From positions 1,018,173 to 1,082,172 of the forward strand of contig OZ252017.1 of NCBI GenBank assembly GCA_965247485.1: 64,000 nt of DNA, written 5' to 3'. The notes beneath the pieces are model-generated. The model ran no database searches. It saw only the letters and a program-made list of their open reading frames with translations, and was not told the origin of the DNA. The DNA comes from Dehalococcoidia bacterium (GTDB taxonomy: Bacteria; Chloroflexota; Dehalococcoidia; DSTF01; WHTK01). The position numbers were made by a program, and so were the translations under genes. Below are positions 53,353-62,030 of the stretch, piece by piece; the stretch's first letter is position 1; the number at the start of each line of letters is the position of its first letter.

Positions 53353-54331
53353 TCAGCCGTTGGGCAGCACGATAACCTTACCTATCGCCTCCCGGTTCTC
53401 GAGTAGGTTATGGCCCTCGGCGACGTTTTCCAGGCTGAACGTCCCAGCGATCAGCGGCTTCAGTGTGCCGGCGATGAGGAAGTCGTCCGTTAACCTCTTT
53501 CTTCTCGTCCAAAAAGAGCTTGTCTGTGACCGAGTTACCGCGTGAGAAGCCGATTAGGGCCTGATTGCGGCGCAGGAGCTGTCGTGGATTCACCGGCGCG
53601 TTCGTGTCTGAGATGTTGCCATAGTTCACCATTCGGCCACCCACCCGCGTGGCTTCGAGTGTGTCGTAGACAGATTGACCGCCATTTACCTCGAAGGAAA
53701 GGTCCACGCCCTTGCCGTCCGTCTGAGCAATGACCTCCTTGGGCCAGTCTTCCTTCGTGTAGTCGATCGGAATGGCGCCGAAGTCGGCGACCACAGCACG
53801 CTTCTTGTCGGAGCTGGCGCCGCCGAAGACTTTGCCGGCGCCATAGAGCCGTGCCAGCTGCAGGGCCACGTAACCAATACCACCAGTTGCCGCGGGCACG
53901 AAGACGGACTCGCCGGGCTGGAGACGCCCCGCCACCTTGAACGCGAGTGCCGCGACATCGGCCTCAGCAAGTACCGCGTAGGCTGAAACCGGGTCGACGC
54001 CTTGCGGGATAGGCCGAAGCATGTCCTCGGACGCCACAGCGTACTGGGCATAAGCCCCGCCGGTTACGAGACCATAGTGTTGCTTGCCGATCATGGAGGT
54101 ATCGACGCCCGGCCCGACCTTCTCCACGGTCCCTATCACTCTCGCACCCGGCACGTAGGGCAGAGTCACGCGCTGGATATAGCGTCCTTGTCGCTGCAGG
54201 ACGTCGGCAAAGCTGACACCCGTTACATCAACGTGGATTAGAGCCTGCCCTTCGCCGGGTTCCGGAGCGGAAGCGTCCTCCAGCTTGAGTACCTCAGGGC
54301 CCCCCTCTTCGTAAAACCTCACAAGTTTCAT
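53353..54331 (-). pseudogene. NADPH:quinone oxidoreductase / zinc-type alcohol dehydrogenase family, interrupted by a 1-nt frameshift near 53490-53506
   Basis: MKLVRFYEEGGPEVLKLED... is read to 53408 in one frame. The canonical C-terminus DDFLIAGTLKPLIAGTFSLENVAEGHNLLENREAIGKVIVLPNG* is in another frame and ends at TGA 53353-53355. Confidence 0.7.
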
Positions 54332-54439
54332 TGAACACACACCTTCCTAACTGCAGTCCTGCATGCTTGATTAGGGCCTACCAGCCTTCGGTGCGCCCTA
54401 ATCAAGACTTTAGATGTTAGCCAATTAAAGGGTGGTGGA

Positions 54440-54498
54440 TGGTGGGGCCCTGGGATTCGAACCAAGGCTGCCTTGCGGCTGACAGATTTAAAGTCTGT
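54440..54498 (-). other. tRNA-like 3' half (anticodon arm to CCA) without a detectable 5' half
   Basis: The minus strand reads ACAGA-CTTTAAA-TCTGT, then CAGCCGCAAGGCAGC, then CTTGG-TTCGAAT-CCCAG (1 mismatch), then GGCCCC-A-CCA. I found no complementary acceptor 5' strand or D arm upstream. Confidence 0.35.
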
Positions 54499-54677
54499 TG
54501 CACTCTGACGAGACCAAAATTCAGTAGCGCGCGCAACTTGACTTACGCGAGACATTAGCCTGAAATCAAGATCCAACGGAATTGCACCCCCGGGGTTAGC
54601 CTTTAAAGGACATGGCCAGCCTCGGTTTCGAGGTGCAGCCTGGGATTGGCGTAACCGAGCAAAGGAGCCGCCGCGGC

Positions 54678-55850
54678 ATGGCCACCTTGACAGAAACTAA
54701 TACTTGGGTTGAGAAGGCGCGCACCTTAGCACCGCTCATCGAGCAGTATCGTGACCAGAGCGAGAACCAACGCCACCTGGCAAAGCCGGTGTACGAAGCG
54801 ATGCGCGAGCTTGGTCTCTTCAAGCTCTGGCTGCCGCGCTCGCTGGGCGGCGAGGAACTTGACTTTAGAACGGTCGCCGAGACGATAGAAGCTGTCGCGC
54901 GCATGGATGGCAGCGCTGGCTGGGTCCTCGTTATCGCCAATCAAACGGCCTGGATGCTGGGCTACCTCCCCCAGGACGCGGCGGCGGAGATGCTGTCCGC
55001 AAAACCGGACGTGACCCTGGGTGGCTCCGGCCAGCCCAACGGCATCATGACGCCGGTGGAGGGCGGATACCGTGTCACCGGCCGATGGTCGTTCGTGAGC
55101 GGGGGCGACCACACGGGCTGGCTCTGCGGCGTTTCCCGGATCAAAGACGGCGACGGTTTTCGAATGAACGAAGACGGGTTGCCCATAACTCGGTTCCCAT
55201 TCTTCAGTTCGGACCAGTACGAGATCATCGACACCTGGCACACCACTGGCCTGAGCGCCACCGGTAGCAACGACATGCAAGTTGAAGATGCTTTTGTGCC
55301 GGAGGCCCGTGCGCTCAACAACATGGCGAAGAAGTCAGATTTCCAGGCCGGCACTCTCTTTCAGACCAGTTTCCGGGAGATTTTTGGCTGGCCGCTCGCC
55401 TTCACCGGACTCGGCATAGCGGCGGAGGCGATCGACGCCTTCACCGACCTTGCCGTCAACAAGACGCCCTCGCGCGGCACCAAACGCCTCGCCGAGAACG
55501 ACAACATTCAGATGACCCTGGGCCGCGTGATGGCCAAGCTCAACTCCGGCCGCAGCTATCTCTACGCGATGTGCGACCGCATGTGGGCGGAGATCGAAGC
55601 GGGTAGAGGAGACCACGAAGCGCTGCTGCTGGAGGCCCTGGTTGCTTGCTCGACCGCGGCCGAGAGCGCCGCCGACGCGGTCGACCTCCTCCGCACTGCC
55701 GCGGGCACTTCCGGAATCTACGAGGGCAACAAGATCGAGCGTTGTTGGCGCGACGTGCACATGGTTACTCAGCACGCCAACCTCTCACCCAGCAACTACG
55801 TCCGCATCGCCGCCCTGCGGCTCGGCCTCGGCTTCGGGTCTGGGCGTTAG
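54678..55850 (+). CDS. acyl-CoA dehydrogenase-family flavoprotein (possibly a flavin-dependent monooxygenase type)
   Basis: ATG 54678 lies behind AAGGAG. The product reads MATLTETNTWVEKARTLAPLIEQYRDQSENQRHLAKPVYEAMRELGLFKLWLPRSLGG... and later WHTTGLSATGSNDMQVEDAFVPE. Confidence 0.7.
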   Translation: MATLTETNTWVEKARTLAPLIEQYRDQSENQRHLAKPVYEAMRELGLFKLWLPRSLGGEELDFRTVAETIEAVARMDGSAGWVLVIANQTAWMLGYLPQDAAAEMLSAKPDVTLGGSGQPNGIMTPVEGGYRVTGRWSFVSGGDHTGWLCGVSRIKDGDGFRMNEDGLPITRFPFFSSDQYEIIDTWHTTGLSATGSNDMQVEDAFVPEARALNNMAKKSDFQAGTLFQTSFREIFGWPLAFTGLGIAAEAIDAFTDLAVNKTPSRGTKRLAENDNIQMTLGRVMAKLNSGRSYLYAMCDRMWAEIEAGRGDHEALLLEALVACSTAAESAADAVDLLRTAAGTSGIYEGNKIERCWRDVHMVTQHANLSPSNYVRIAALRLGLGFGSGR

Positions 55851-56205
55851 GCTAAAAGGAACACGGGCCGAAGGGTCGAGGCGCCACCTTGTCGGCCCGC
55901 GAGACGCGAACCTGCGGCGCTGGCGCTTAGTTTCAGAGTTTTACGACTAGACGGTCAGGAAACTGGTTTCCTAACCGCAGCCGAGATATCAAACTTTCAT
56001 CGGCCCCAGCCGCGCCGATCGGAACCTCTTCCATTGACTTCCGCTGCCTGGCCATCTTGAAGTCGTGCGCGTGCAGCCCGGGCTGCACCGTAGCCAAGAA
56101 ATTGCCGAGAATCTTGCAGTTGCATTGAAGCAAGCCGTGGCCGTGGAAGCCTGGCCACGTCTCACGCTCCATTCCTGGCGTCGATTATTAGCCGAGGGGT
56201 CCCGT

Positions 56206-57342
56206 TTGAAGTTCACCTTCCTTGTAAATAATGTCGAAGGCGGAGCGATGGCCAACCTCACTCTTCGGCTAGCCGAAGGTCTCGCGGAGCAGGGTATCGA
56301 CGTAACCATTGCTTTCTACTATGGCTCCTTGCCGAAGGTTCAACCGGGGTCAATTCGCTTCATCCAACTCAGCAACTCCGGCGTATTGCGAGCGGCCGGC
56401 CCACTCGCCCGGCACTTGAGAGACGAGCAGCCCGATTTCCTTCTCACCCGTCCGATCCAGGTCAACCTGGTAGGCATCCTTGTCGCAGAGTGGGCTCACA
56501 GAGCCTTGGGGTGGCGAGGCAAGCTCATTCTCGGCCACGAACACCCCCTTGCCCTCGCCCATAGCGCCAGTCGCAAAGACAACAAATGGGCCGCCAAGCT
56601 GCTCTACCGGCGTGCCGCCGGGTCCTTCGCCGTTTCGCCAGCCATCCGCGAAGATGCCATCACTTGGTGCGGGCTGAATCCGGAAACGGTCGCCGTTGTT
56701 CCGCCTACGCTGCCGTCCTTCGATCCCGGTGAAGCCCCGGAATCGGTTCATCCCTGGCTTGACGATCCGGACACACCGGCCTTCGTGACAACCTCCCGGT
56801 TAGTCCCGCTCAAGCGAATCGATCTTTTGATCGATGCGCTCAAGCTCACCCGAATCCAGACACCGGCCAAACTCCTGATAGTCGGCGATGGGCCAGACAA
56901 GCAGCGTCTCTCTGAGCACGTGGTGGCCGCCGGCCTCGATGACGCGGTAGAGTTCCTCGGTTGGGTCCCGGAGCCTCGATTTTTGATGGCAAAGGCCACG
57001 TCCTTTGTCCTGGCCTCAGATGAGGAGGGATTCGGCATGGTCCTCGGTGAAGCAATGAGCACCGGGTGTCCGGTGATCTCAACCGATTCGCGCGGCGGCG
57101 GCCCCGCGTTTGTTACCGACAACGGCAACTCCGGGTTGTTGGTTCTGCGCGGCTCAGCAAATGAGCTCAGCCAGGCAATGCTGACAATGACCGAACCGGA
57201 ATCCCGCCGCGATTTTTCACAGCGTGCCCTGGTGCGGGCGGCGGATTTCACTCCCAGGCGCAATACTGAGCGGCTATTGGATTTTCTTGAGCGCCTCGGA
57301 ACTGGCCGCAGGCCAGAACCACGTCTCGCCGGCACCCTCTAA
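56206..57342 (+). CDS. family 4 (GT-B) glycosyltransferase
   Basis: LKFTFLVNNVEGGAMANLTLRLAEGLAEQGIDVT... and the C-terminal EEGFGMVLGEAMSTGCPVISTD (E-x7-E region). The start is TTG 56206 or ATG 56248. The track ORF begins at 56065. Confidence 0.75.
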   Translation: MKFTFLVNNVEGGAMANLTLRLAEGLAEQGIDVTIAFYYGSLPKVQPGSIRFIQLSNSGVLRAAGPLARHLRDEQPDFLLTRPIQVNLVGILVAEWAHRALGWRGKLILGHEHPLALAHSASRKDNKWAAKLLYRRAAGSFAVSPAIREDAITWCGLNPETVAVVPPTLPSFDPGEAPESVHPWLDDPDTPAFVTTSRLVPLKRIDLLIDALKLTRIQTPAKLLIVGDGPDKQRLSEHVVAAGLDDAVEFLGWVPEPRFLMAKATSFVLASDEEGFGMVLGEAMSTGCPVISTDSRGGGPAFVTDNGNSGLLVLRGSANELSQAMLTMTEPESRRDFSQRALVRAADFTPRRNTERLLDFLERLGTGRRPEPRLAGTL

Positions 57343-57481
57343 AAAACCCTCCACCGGCCCCGGCCACGCCACTCGGGTCAAAATGCGTAACCCTGCGCTC
57401 TATCGCGCCCAAATCCATCTCTGAAAGTCATAAACTAGTGGCTGGATTCCATTCGTAGATCGAACGCGCGAGGGAAAACAC

Positions 57482-57910
57482 TTGCAGCGAATCTTGTTAA
57501 TCCTCACCTTCTCTGCCGCATTATTAATTGCCTGCGGCTCAAACGGTGAGTCCGAACCCGACTCTGATGATGCGACCCCTGCCCCAGCTTCCTCGTCGAC
57601 CCAGACTTCTGATTCTCAGAGACCACTCGGAATAATAAGCGTGCGTGATCTACAAAGGGGTGACTGCTTCCGGCGGCCGCCAGACACAAGCGCGATCCGG
57701 GACGTGGAGCTTGTTTCCTGCTTGTTGGATTGGGAAGTGCGAGTTATCAGTAGCTTTGAAGTGGGAGCAACCGGCGACTACCCGATTGCGTCCTACTTCG
57801 AAGACCAAGCTGACGCCTTCTGCCACCCAAATTCGACCGGAACCATCGCCCCTGGGCCCAATGGCTGGGAAGAAGGTGACCGCACAGTTCTTTGCATTCA
57901 AGAAAGATGA
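57482..57910 (+). CDS. lipoprotein with a septum-formation-like Cys-containing domain, tentative
   Basis: 142-aa ORF with lipobox LLIA-C-GSNG, then RGDCF...VSCLLDWEV...AFC...VLC. Confidence 0.5.
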   Translation: MQRILLILTFSAALLIACGSNGESEPDSDDATPAPASSSTQTSDSQRPLGIISVRDLQRGDCFRRPPDTSAIRDVELVSCLLDWEVRVISSFEVGATGDYPIASYFEDQADAFCHPNSTGTIAPGPNGWEEGDRTVLCIQER

Positions 57911-58015
57911 AAAACCTCGATCTCCGTTGCTGACAGGAACTCAACCGGGATCAGCTTGGTTTCTCTTCCTCAGGAAATCGTCAACCAGCAAATGCGTGCG
58001 GTCCGGTTATTTGAT

Positions 58016-59229
58016 TCAGATGGCTGCCTGGGTCGCTTCTAAGGGCAGCAGCGGCTTGCGAGACAGCCAGACCAACAGCGCTGCCGTGGCGAACATGACC
58101 GAAAAAAGGATAAATGCCGGCGTGTACGAATCACCGGCAACCTCGTAGATCACCGCCGCGACAATCGGCCCCAGTCCAAGGGAAACCTGCTGAAATGGCG
58201 CTGTGAACCCGGTAATTGCGCCAAAGGACCCACGCCCGAAGTACTGAGCCTGAATCATCAAAATGATCGATGATTCACCGCGGGCGGCGAGGCCAAAAAG
58301 AACCGCAAAGATCATCGCCTCCGCCGTCGTATCCACCGTCAAAAGAAACAGACAAAGAAGAGAGGCGATTGAGATCGAAAAAGCCCCGAGCAGGCGTTCG
58401 GAAACATGCTCCACCAGGAATCCCCAGAGCAGAGTGGCGAAGGCCCCGGAAAGTGAATAGGCGCTGATCGCCAACGCTGCCGTCGCCGCGGCAATGCCTT
58501 GATCCTGAAAATAGGCGGCTTGGTGGAAGCCGATCCCTCCGTTGCCAAAAGTTCCGGCCGAAACCGCGACAATTAAGAGCCAAAATGAGCGCGTCTTCCA
58601 GGCTTGCTGCAAACTCCAGCTATATTCCTCGTCCTCGGCCTGAGCCGGCTTGGGCCCTGCAGCGGCTGGCCCAGCGGTTGGTATCGATGGACTATCGTCA
58701 CCATCTGGTAGGAGCCCCATGTCCTCTGGGCGCCGGCGTAAGACCAACAGAAAGGCCGGCAGCAGAATGACGAGCATTGCTGCTCCCACAACGTAGTACG
58801 CAGTCTGCCAGCCGAACCCATCACTGATCACCTGGGCAATTGGCACCAGCACGGCTCCGCCAAGCGGCAAAGCCATATTTGACATGCCAAGCGCCCGGCC
58901 CCGCTTTCGCCGGAACCAGTTCACCGCGGTAGTCCGGGGGACAACACCGGCAAGAGTGTTTTGCGACACCCCACGGCCGACAATGTAGGCCACATAAAAC
59001 AGGGCGACGTGGACATAGCTACTCAGCGCCAACATGATCAGAGCGGGCACCACCACCAGAAGGCCGGCCGTACTGAGGGGCCGAGCCCCGTGTTTGTCCG
59101 CTAGACGGCCAACTAGGGGTGAAAGCACGCCCGCAAGGATGCTGCCAAAGGTCACGGCCAGAGTGATCGAGGTACGGCTCCAGCCCGTATCAGCCTCTAT
59201 GTTGGGTAGCATCGCCCCGGTAAATAATT
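58016..59229 (-). pseudogene. MFS transporter, C-terminal ~96% (gene split by the IS1595-family element)
   Basis: 398-aa ORF with 11 or more TM-like segments but lacking TM1. The reading frame continues upstream to the insertion junction at 59229/59230. Confidence 0.8.
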
Positions 59230-59331
59230 CGTAACTATCCCCTCATAGCACGTAAGCAGAGTCTATGGATGGTCTAATAGCATGAGGGTGAGACTCTGTC
59301 GTTCATCGCGCATAGATGATAAACTAGGCAA

Positions 59332-59484
59332 ATGAAGAAGCAAGATAAGCACACGCGCCCGTCTTACGAGGAAGGGAAGTTACGTGATCCTTCTATCGAG
59401 GCGAGGCAGGATGCTGAATACAAAAGGGGCGACCTGTTAGCCCTCATCAAGAAGGCCGTCCAGGTCGCCCACAAAGCTCACTAA
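59332..59484 (+). CDS. 50-aa hypothetical protein (duplicate of 32167..32319)
   Basis: Amino-acid sequence identical to the prophage copy, followed by the same hairpin and T tract. Confidence 0.4.
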   Translation: MKKQDKHTRPSYEEGKLRDPSIEARQDAEYKRGDLLALIKKAVQVAHKAH

Positions 59485-59635
59485 GGATTAGTTGATAAGA
59501 GCCGGGGCTGCCACTGGGGTTGCCAGGGCGGGGCCGTAACGAGCAAAGTTGTCTCCTCTCTAGCGGTGGGGTTTGGCCCGAGAACCATGAGGCCCCACCG
59601 CCCTTTTATTTCCTGACGGCTTCCTCACAGCCGGA

Positions 59636-60322
59636 TTAGGCATCGCTTTCGTATTTGCCGAGCATATCGATAAGGTCGAACACCCACTCGCGATCCTCGG
59701 CACTCAAGCTCATGATGCTCACAGAAATGTTGAGCGTAACTGTGCCGCCGCTCTTGAGCGTGACAATCTTGGTATCGCCTGCGGGTGGTTTGCTACCCGC
59801 AGGGGATGATGAACCCGCACTGCGCTTGCTGCCTCCGGCTCGCTTTTTGGCTCCAGAGGTCCCACGCTTCTTGATCGCGGGCCAGTGGGTCGAGACCGGA
59901 ATCTCGGCGTAGTCGGCAGCCTGTAGATAAAAAGTCATCGCCTTTCTGCGCGTCGCGCCATCGATCCCAAACTCGCCCACCGCATCTTGAAGCTGCTGCT
60001 GTGTTGCATTGGCTCCGCCGAGGCTGACGAGTTTCGGGTAGGCAGCCTCTAAGAGCGTCCTTAGGTGGCCCTTCCGATCCGCCTTCGCAACGATGAGTTC
60101 ATCGAGCGACCGTTGGACTTGATCGTCCCCATCAGTCAGATGAAAGAAGCGAAGCGCCCTGAGAAGCTGCGCCTGATTCGTCCCTGACTGCGACGGCCAT
60201 GCGGTTCGGTCGAGCTTCTGTGGCAGGCCTTGGTCGAGGGTCTCAAGCCCGCCCAGAAATGTTGTGAATGCCAAATGCGGCGGAGTCGCTCGCTCTCCCT
60301 TGTCGTTCATCGTGCCAAACAC
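59636..60322 (-). CDS. hypothetical protein, possibly DUF5343-like N-terminal domain
   Basis: 228-aa ORF. The N-terminal region PPHLAFTTFLGGLETLDQ...QLLRALRFFHLTDGDDQ loosely fits my memory of DUF5343. A basic Ser/Gly/Lys linker follows. The gene is present only in the IS copy of the module. Confidence 0.45.
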   Translation of the reverse strand: MFGTMNDKGERATPPHLAFTTFLGGLETLDQGLPQKLDRTAWPSQSGTNQAQLLRALRFFHLTDGDDQVQRSLDELIVAKADRKGHLRTLLEAAYPKLVSLGGANATQQQLQDAVGEFGIDGATRRKAMTFYLQAADYAEIPVSTHWPAIKKRGTSGAKKRAGGSKRSAGSSSPAGSKPPAGDTKIVTLKSGGTVTLNISVSIMSLSAEDREWVFDLIDMLGKYESDA

Positions 60323-60445
60323 CTCCTGTTACAGGCCACAACCACAATGTTAATGGCACGAGTGCCACATTGTCAAGGCACGGCAGGAGATTATCTTTGA
60401 CAATGCGATTTGGCATCTGCAGACTCTAGGGCGGAGGTGGCACTA

Positions 60446-60661
60446 ATGGCCGAGATTCAGAGAGGGCAGTGGGTGAGGCTCAAGGCTTACGGCGGGGAGA
60501 TCACCCGGCGTGTCGTAGGCAAAACCGAGAGCAGCGTGATCGTTTGCACCGATGAGGAATATGAGACGGCTGCAAAGGAGAAGCGCGAGCCTAAGGCAGT
60601 TGGCTTCTCTAAAGCTTCATTGCTTAATGAAGCTTGGTCGGCTGACTTAACCGAGCGGTGA
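60446..60661 (+). CDS. 71-aa hypothetical protein (duplicate of 31780..31995)
   Basis: Sequence identical to the prophage copy, with a GGAGGTG RBS. Confidence 0.5.
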   Translation: MAEIQRGQWVRLKAYGGEITRRVVGKTESSVIVCTDEEYETAAKEKREPKAVGFSKASLLNEAWSADLTER

Positions 60662-61561
60662 ATATTGGCCGTGCTGCCCATCCCGGACTTGAGTTACCCG
60701 TTCGCTTATCGTCTCGAACATGGCTGCATCATCGCCTCGGTGGTTGTACCGGAATGTGTACTCGTTCACGTAGGTCTGTAGGTGATTCTTCCCAACGGAG
60801 TGGTACGCGCCCCGAATGCCGTTCTTGAGAAGGGACCAGAACCCCTCAATCGTATTCGTGTGCACGTCGCCGTCCACGTAGACGAGCGCCGCGTGATTCA
60901 CCCTGCGGTGCTGGTATCCGGACCGGCGAACTAAACCGTACTGCGCAGCCTCATCAGTGAACACCATAGACGCTGGGATGACGTGGCCTTCCAGGAGTGG
61001 GCGAATCGTCCGTGCCCTCGCGTCATCCGTGACCCATGCCTTGACCTGGCCTCCGCGCTCGACCATACCAACAACCGGCTTCTTGGCCGTGGGATCATCC
61101 TTGCTACGTGGCCCCTTACGAGGCTGGCGCTGACGAGGGCGACCGCCGACAAACGTCTCATCTACTTCCACAGTACCTCTGAGCATCCCGCCATCCTCAG
61201 CCATCAGCGTACGAATCTGCTTGAACATCCTCCAGGCGGTCTTGTAAGTGACGCCCAGCTCGCGTTCTAGCTGCTTAGCGCTGATGCCGGTACGAGTCGA
61301 GGCCATCAGATACATGGCGTAAAACCAGCTTTTCAACGGCGTAGACGATTTCTCGAAGATGGTTCCTGCCAGCGGGTAGACATGCGTACCGCAGTAGTCA
61401 CAGGAGTAAGCCTTGCGGTTGGTCAACTTGTGGTGTGGGCGGACCTCATTGCATGCACGGCATACTACCCCTTCGGGGTACAGCATCTGAACGATGCTCT
61501 CTAGGCAAGCATCGTCGTCTGTGAAGTCCTCATTGAAGTTGCGGATCGTGTATTTCTGCAT
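60647..61561 (-). CDS. IS1595-family (ISXO2-like) DDE transposase with an N-terminal zinc ribbon
   Basis: 304-aa ORF with CRACNEVRPHHKL...YSCDYCGTHVYPLAGTIFEKSSTPLKSWFYAMYLMASTRTGISAKQLERELGVTYKTAWRMFKQIR, then VEVDETFVGG and FTDEAAQY. Confidence 0.88.
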   Translation of the reverse strand: MQKYTIRNFNEDFTDDDACLESIVQMLYPEGVVCRACNEVRPHHKLTNRKAYSCDYCGTHVYPLAGTIFEKSSTPLKSWFYAMYLMASTRTGISAKQLERELGVTYKTAWRMFKQIRTLMAEDGGMLRGTVEVDETFVGGRPRQRQPRKGPRSKDDPTAKKPVVGMVERGGQVKAWVTDDARARTIRPLLEGHVIPASMVFTDEAAQYGLVRRSGYQHRRVNHAALVYVDGDVHTNTIEGFWSLLKNGIRGAYHSVGKNHLQTYVNEYTFRYNHRGDDAAMFETISERVTQVRDGQHGQYSPLG

Positions 61562-61626
61562 CTCTTGCTCACTCCTGCTAAAGTGAGTGTAGCTGAATCT
61601 ATACGTGCTGTCAAGGGATAGTTACG

Positions 61627-61743
61627 AAATAATTGGCCGATGGCAGAGGCGAAGAAGGCGCCGGCAAAACCGACGCCGAGAACTTTCCAGCCATAAAATA
61701 TCTTTGGCTTGGATTTGGCCTCGCTCGGGGCAGTCTCTCTCAT
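61627..61743 (-). pseudogene. MFS transporter, N-terminal fragment (first ~39 codons)
   Basis: MRETAPSEAKSKPKIFYGWKVLGVGFAGAFFASAIGQLF runs up to the IS junction. Removing the IS and one copy of the 8-bp repeat restores ...AIGQLFTGAMLPNIEADTGW... Confidence 0.75.
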
Positions 61744-62030
61744 TAAACCTCTTCTGCGGCGGCTTGCTTTGGCAAAGCATAAGGCCTGTGCCATTTACGC
61801 TTGTAGCGCCGATGGCCACAACAGCCGATCATGAACGCTCGCGTCCGACAACGCCGAATTAGACGTCCCGCTGGCCACCGCTTGACGGCTTGAAGGCATC
61901 CAGAGACAGCGGCGAATTGTCTTGCTCGTAGGTAGGCAGAGCGCTACCATCGCAAACAGTCGAAGTCGAAGGGCTGAGTTCGACCGTAGGAAATTTAGTC
62001 GACGCCCGTGACCCGCGGAGGTCCCGACAA

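Larger units (their letters stand above)
59307..60714. repeat. copy B of the module shared with the prophage (contains a 789-bp extra segment at 59622-60410)
   Basis: 59307-59621 and 60411-60714 are the reverse complement of 32344-32031 and 32030-31727. Confidence 0.9.
59230..61626. mobile_element. IS1595-family element carrying three passenger ORFs (2397 bp)
   Basis: The terminal inverted repeats are CGTAACTATCCC(5 nt)AGCACGTA at 59230-59254 and its complement ending at 61626 (21 of 25 positions match). An 8-bp direct repeat AAATAATT flanks both ends (59222-59229 and 61627-61634). An ISXO2-like transposase gene lies inside. Confidence 0.85.

Noticed and set aside
54437-54600. tmRNA (ssrA), suggested by the ...GGTTCGAATCCC...CCCCACCA 3' end and an upstream GGGGGTG.
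   Set aside because: The candidate 5' strand pairs with the 3' strand for only 4 bp. The distance between them is ~150 nt, far too short for a tmRNA. No tag reading frame is evident, and the region runs into the acyl-CoA dehydrogenase gene.
60715-60760. A second, internal left end for a minimal ~0.9-kb IS immediately downstream of the transposase gene, at the homology breakpoint.
   Set aside because: No sequence resembling the CGTAACTATCCC...AGCACGTA terminal repeat is present there. The only matching inverted repeat pair and the 8-bp target duplication bracket the whole 2.4-kb unit.
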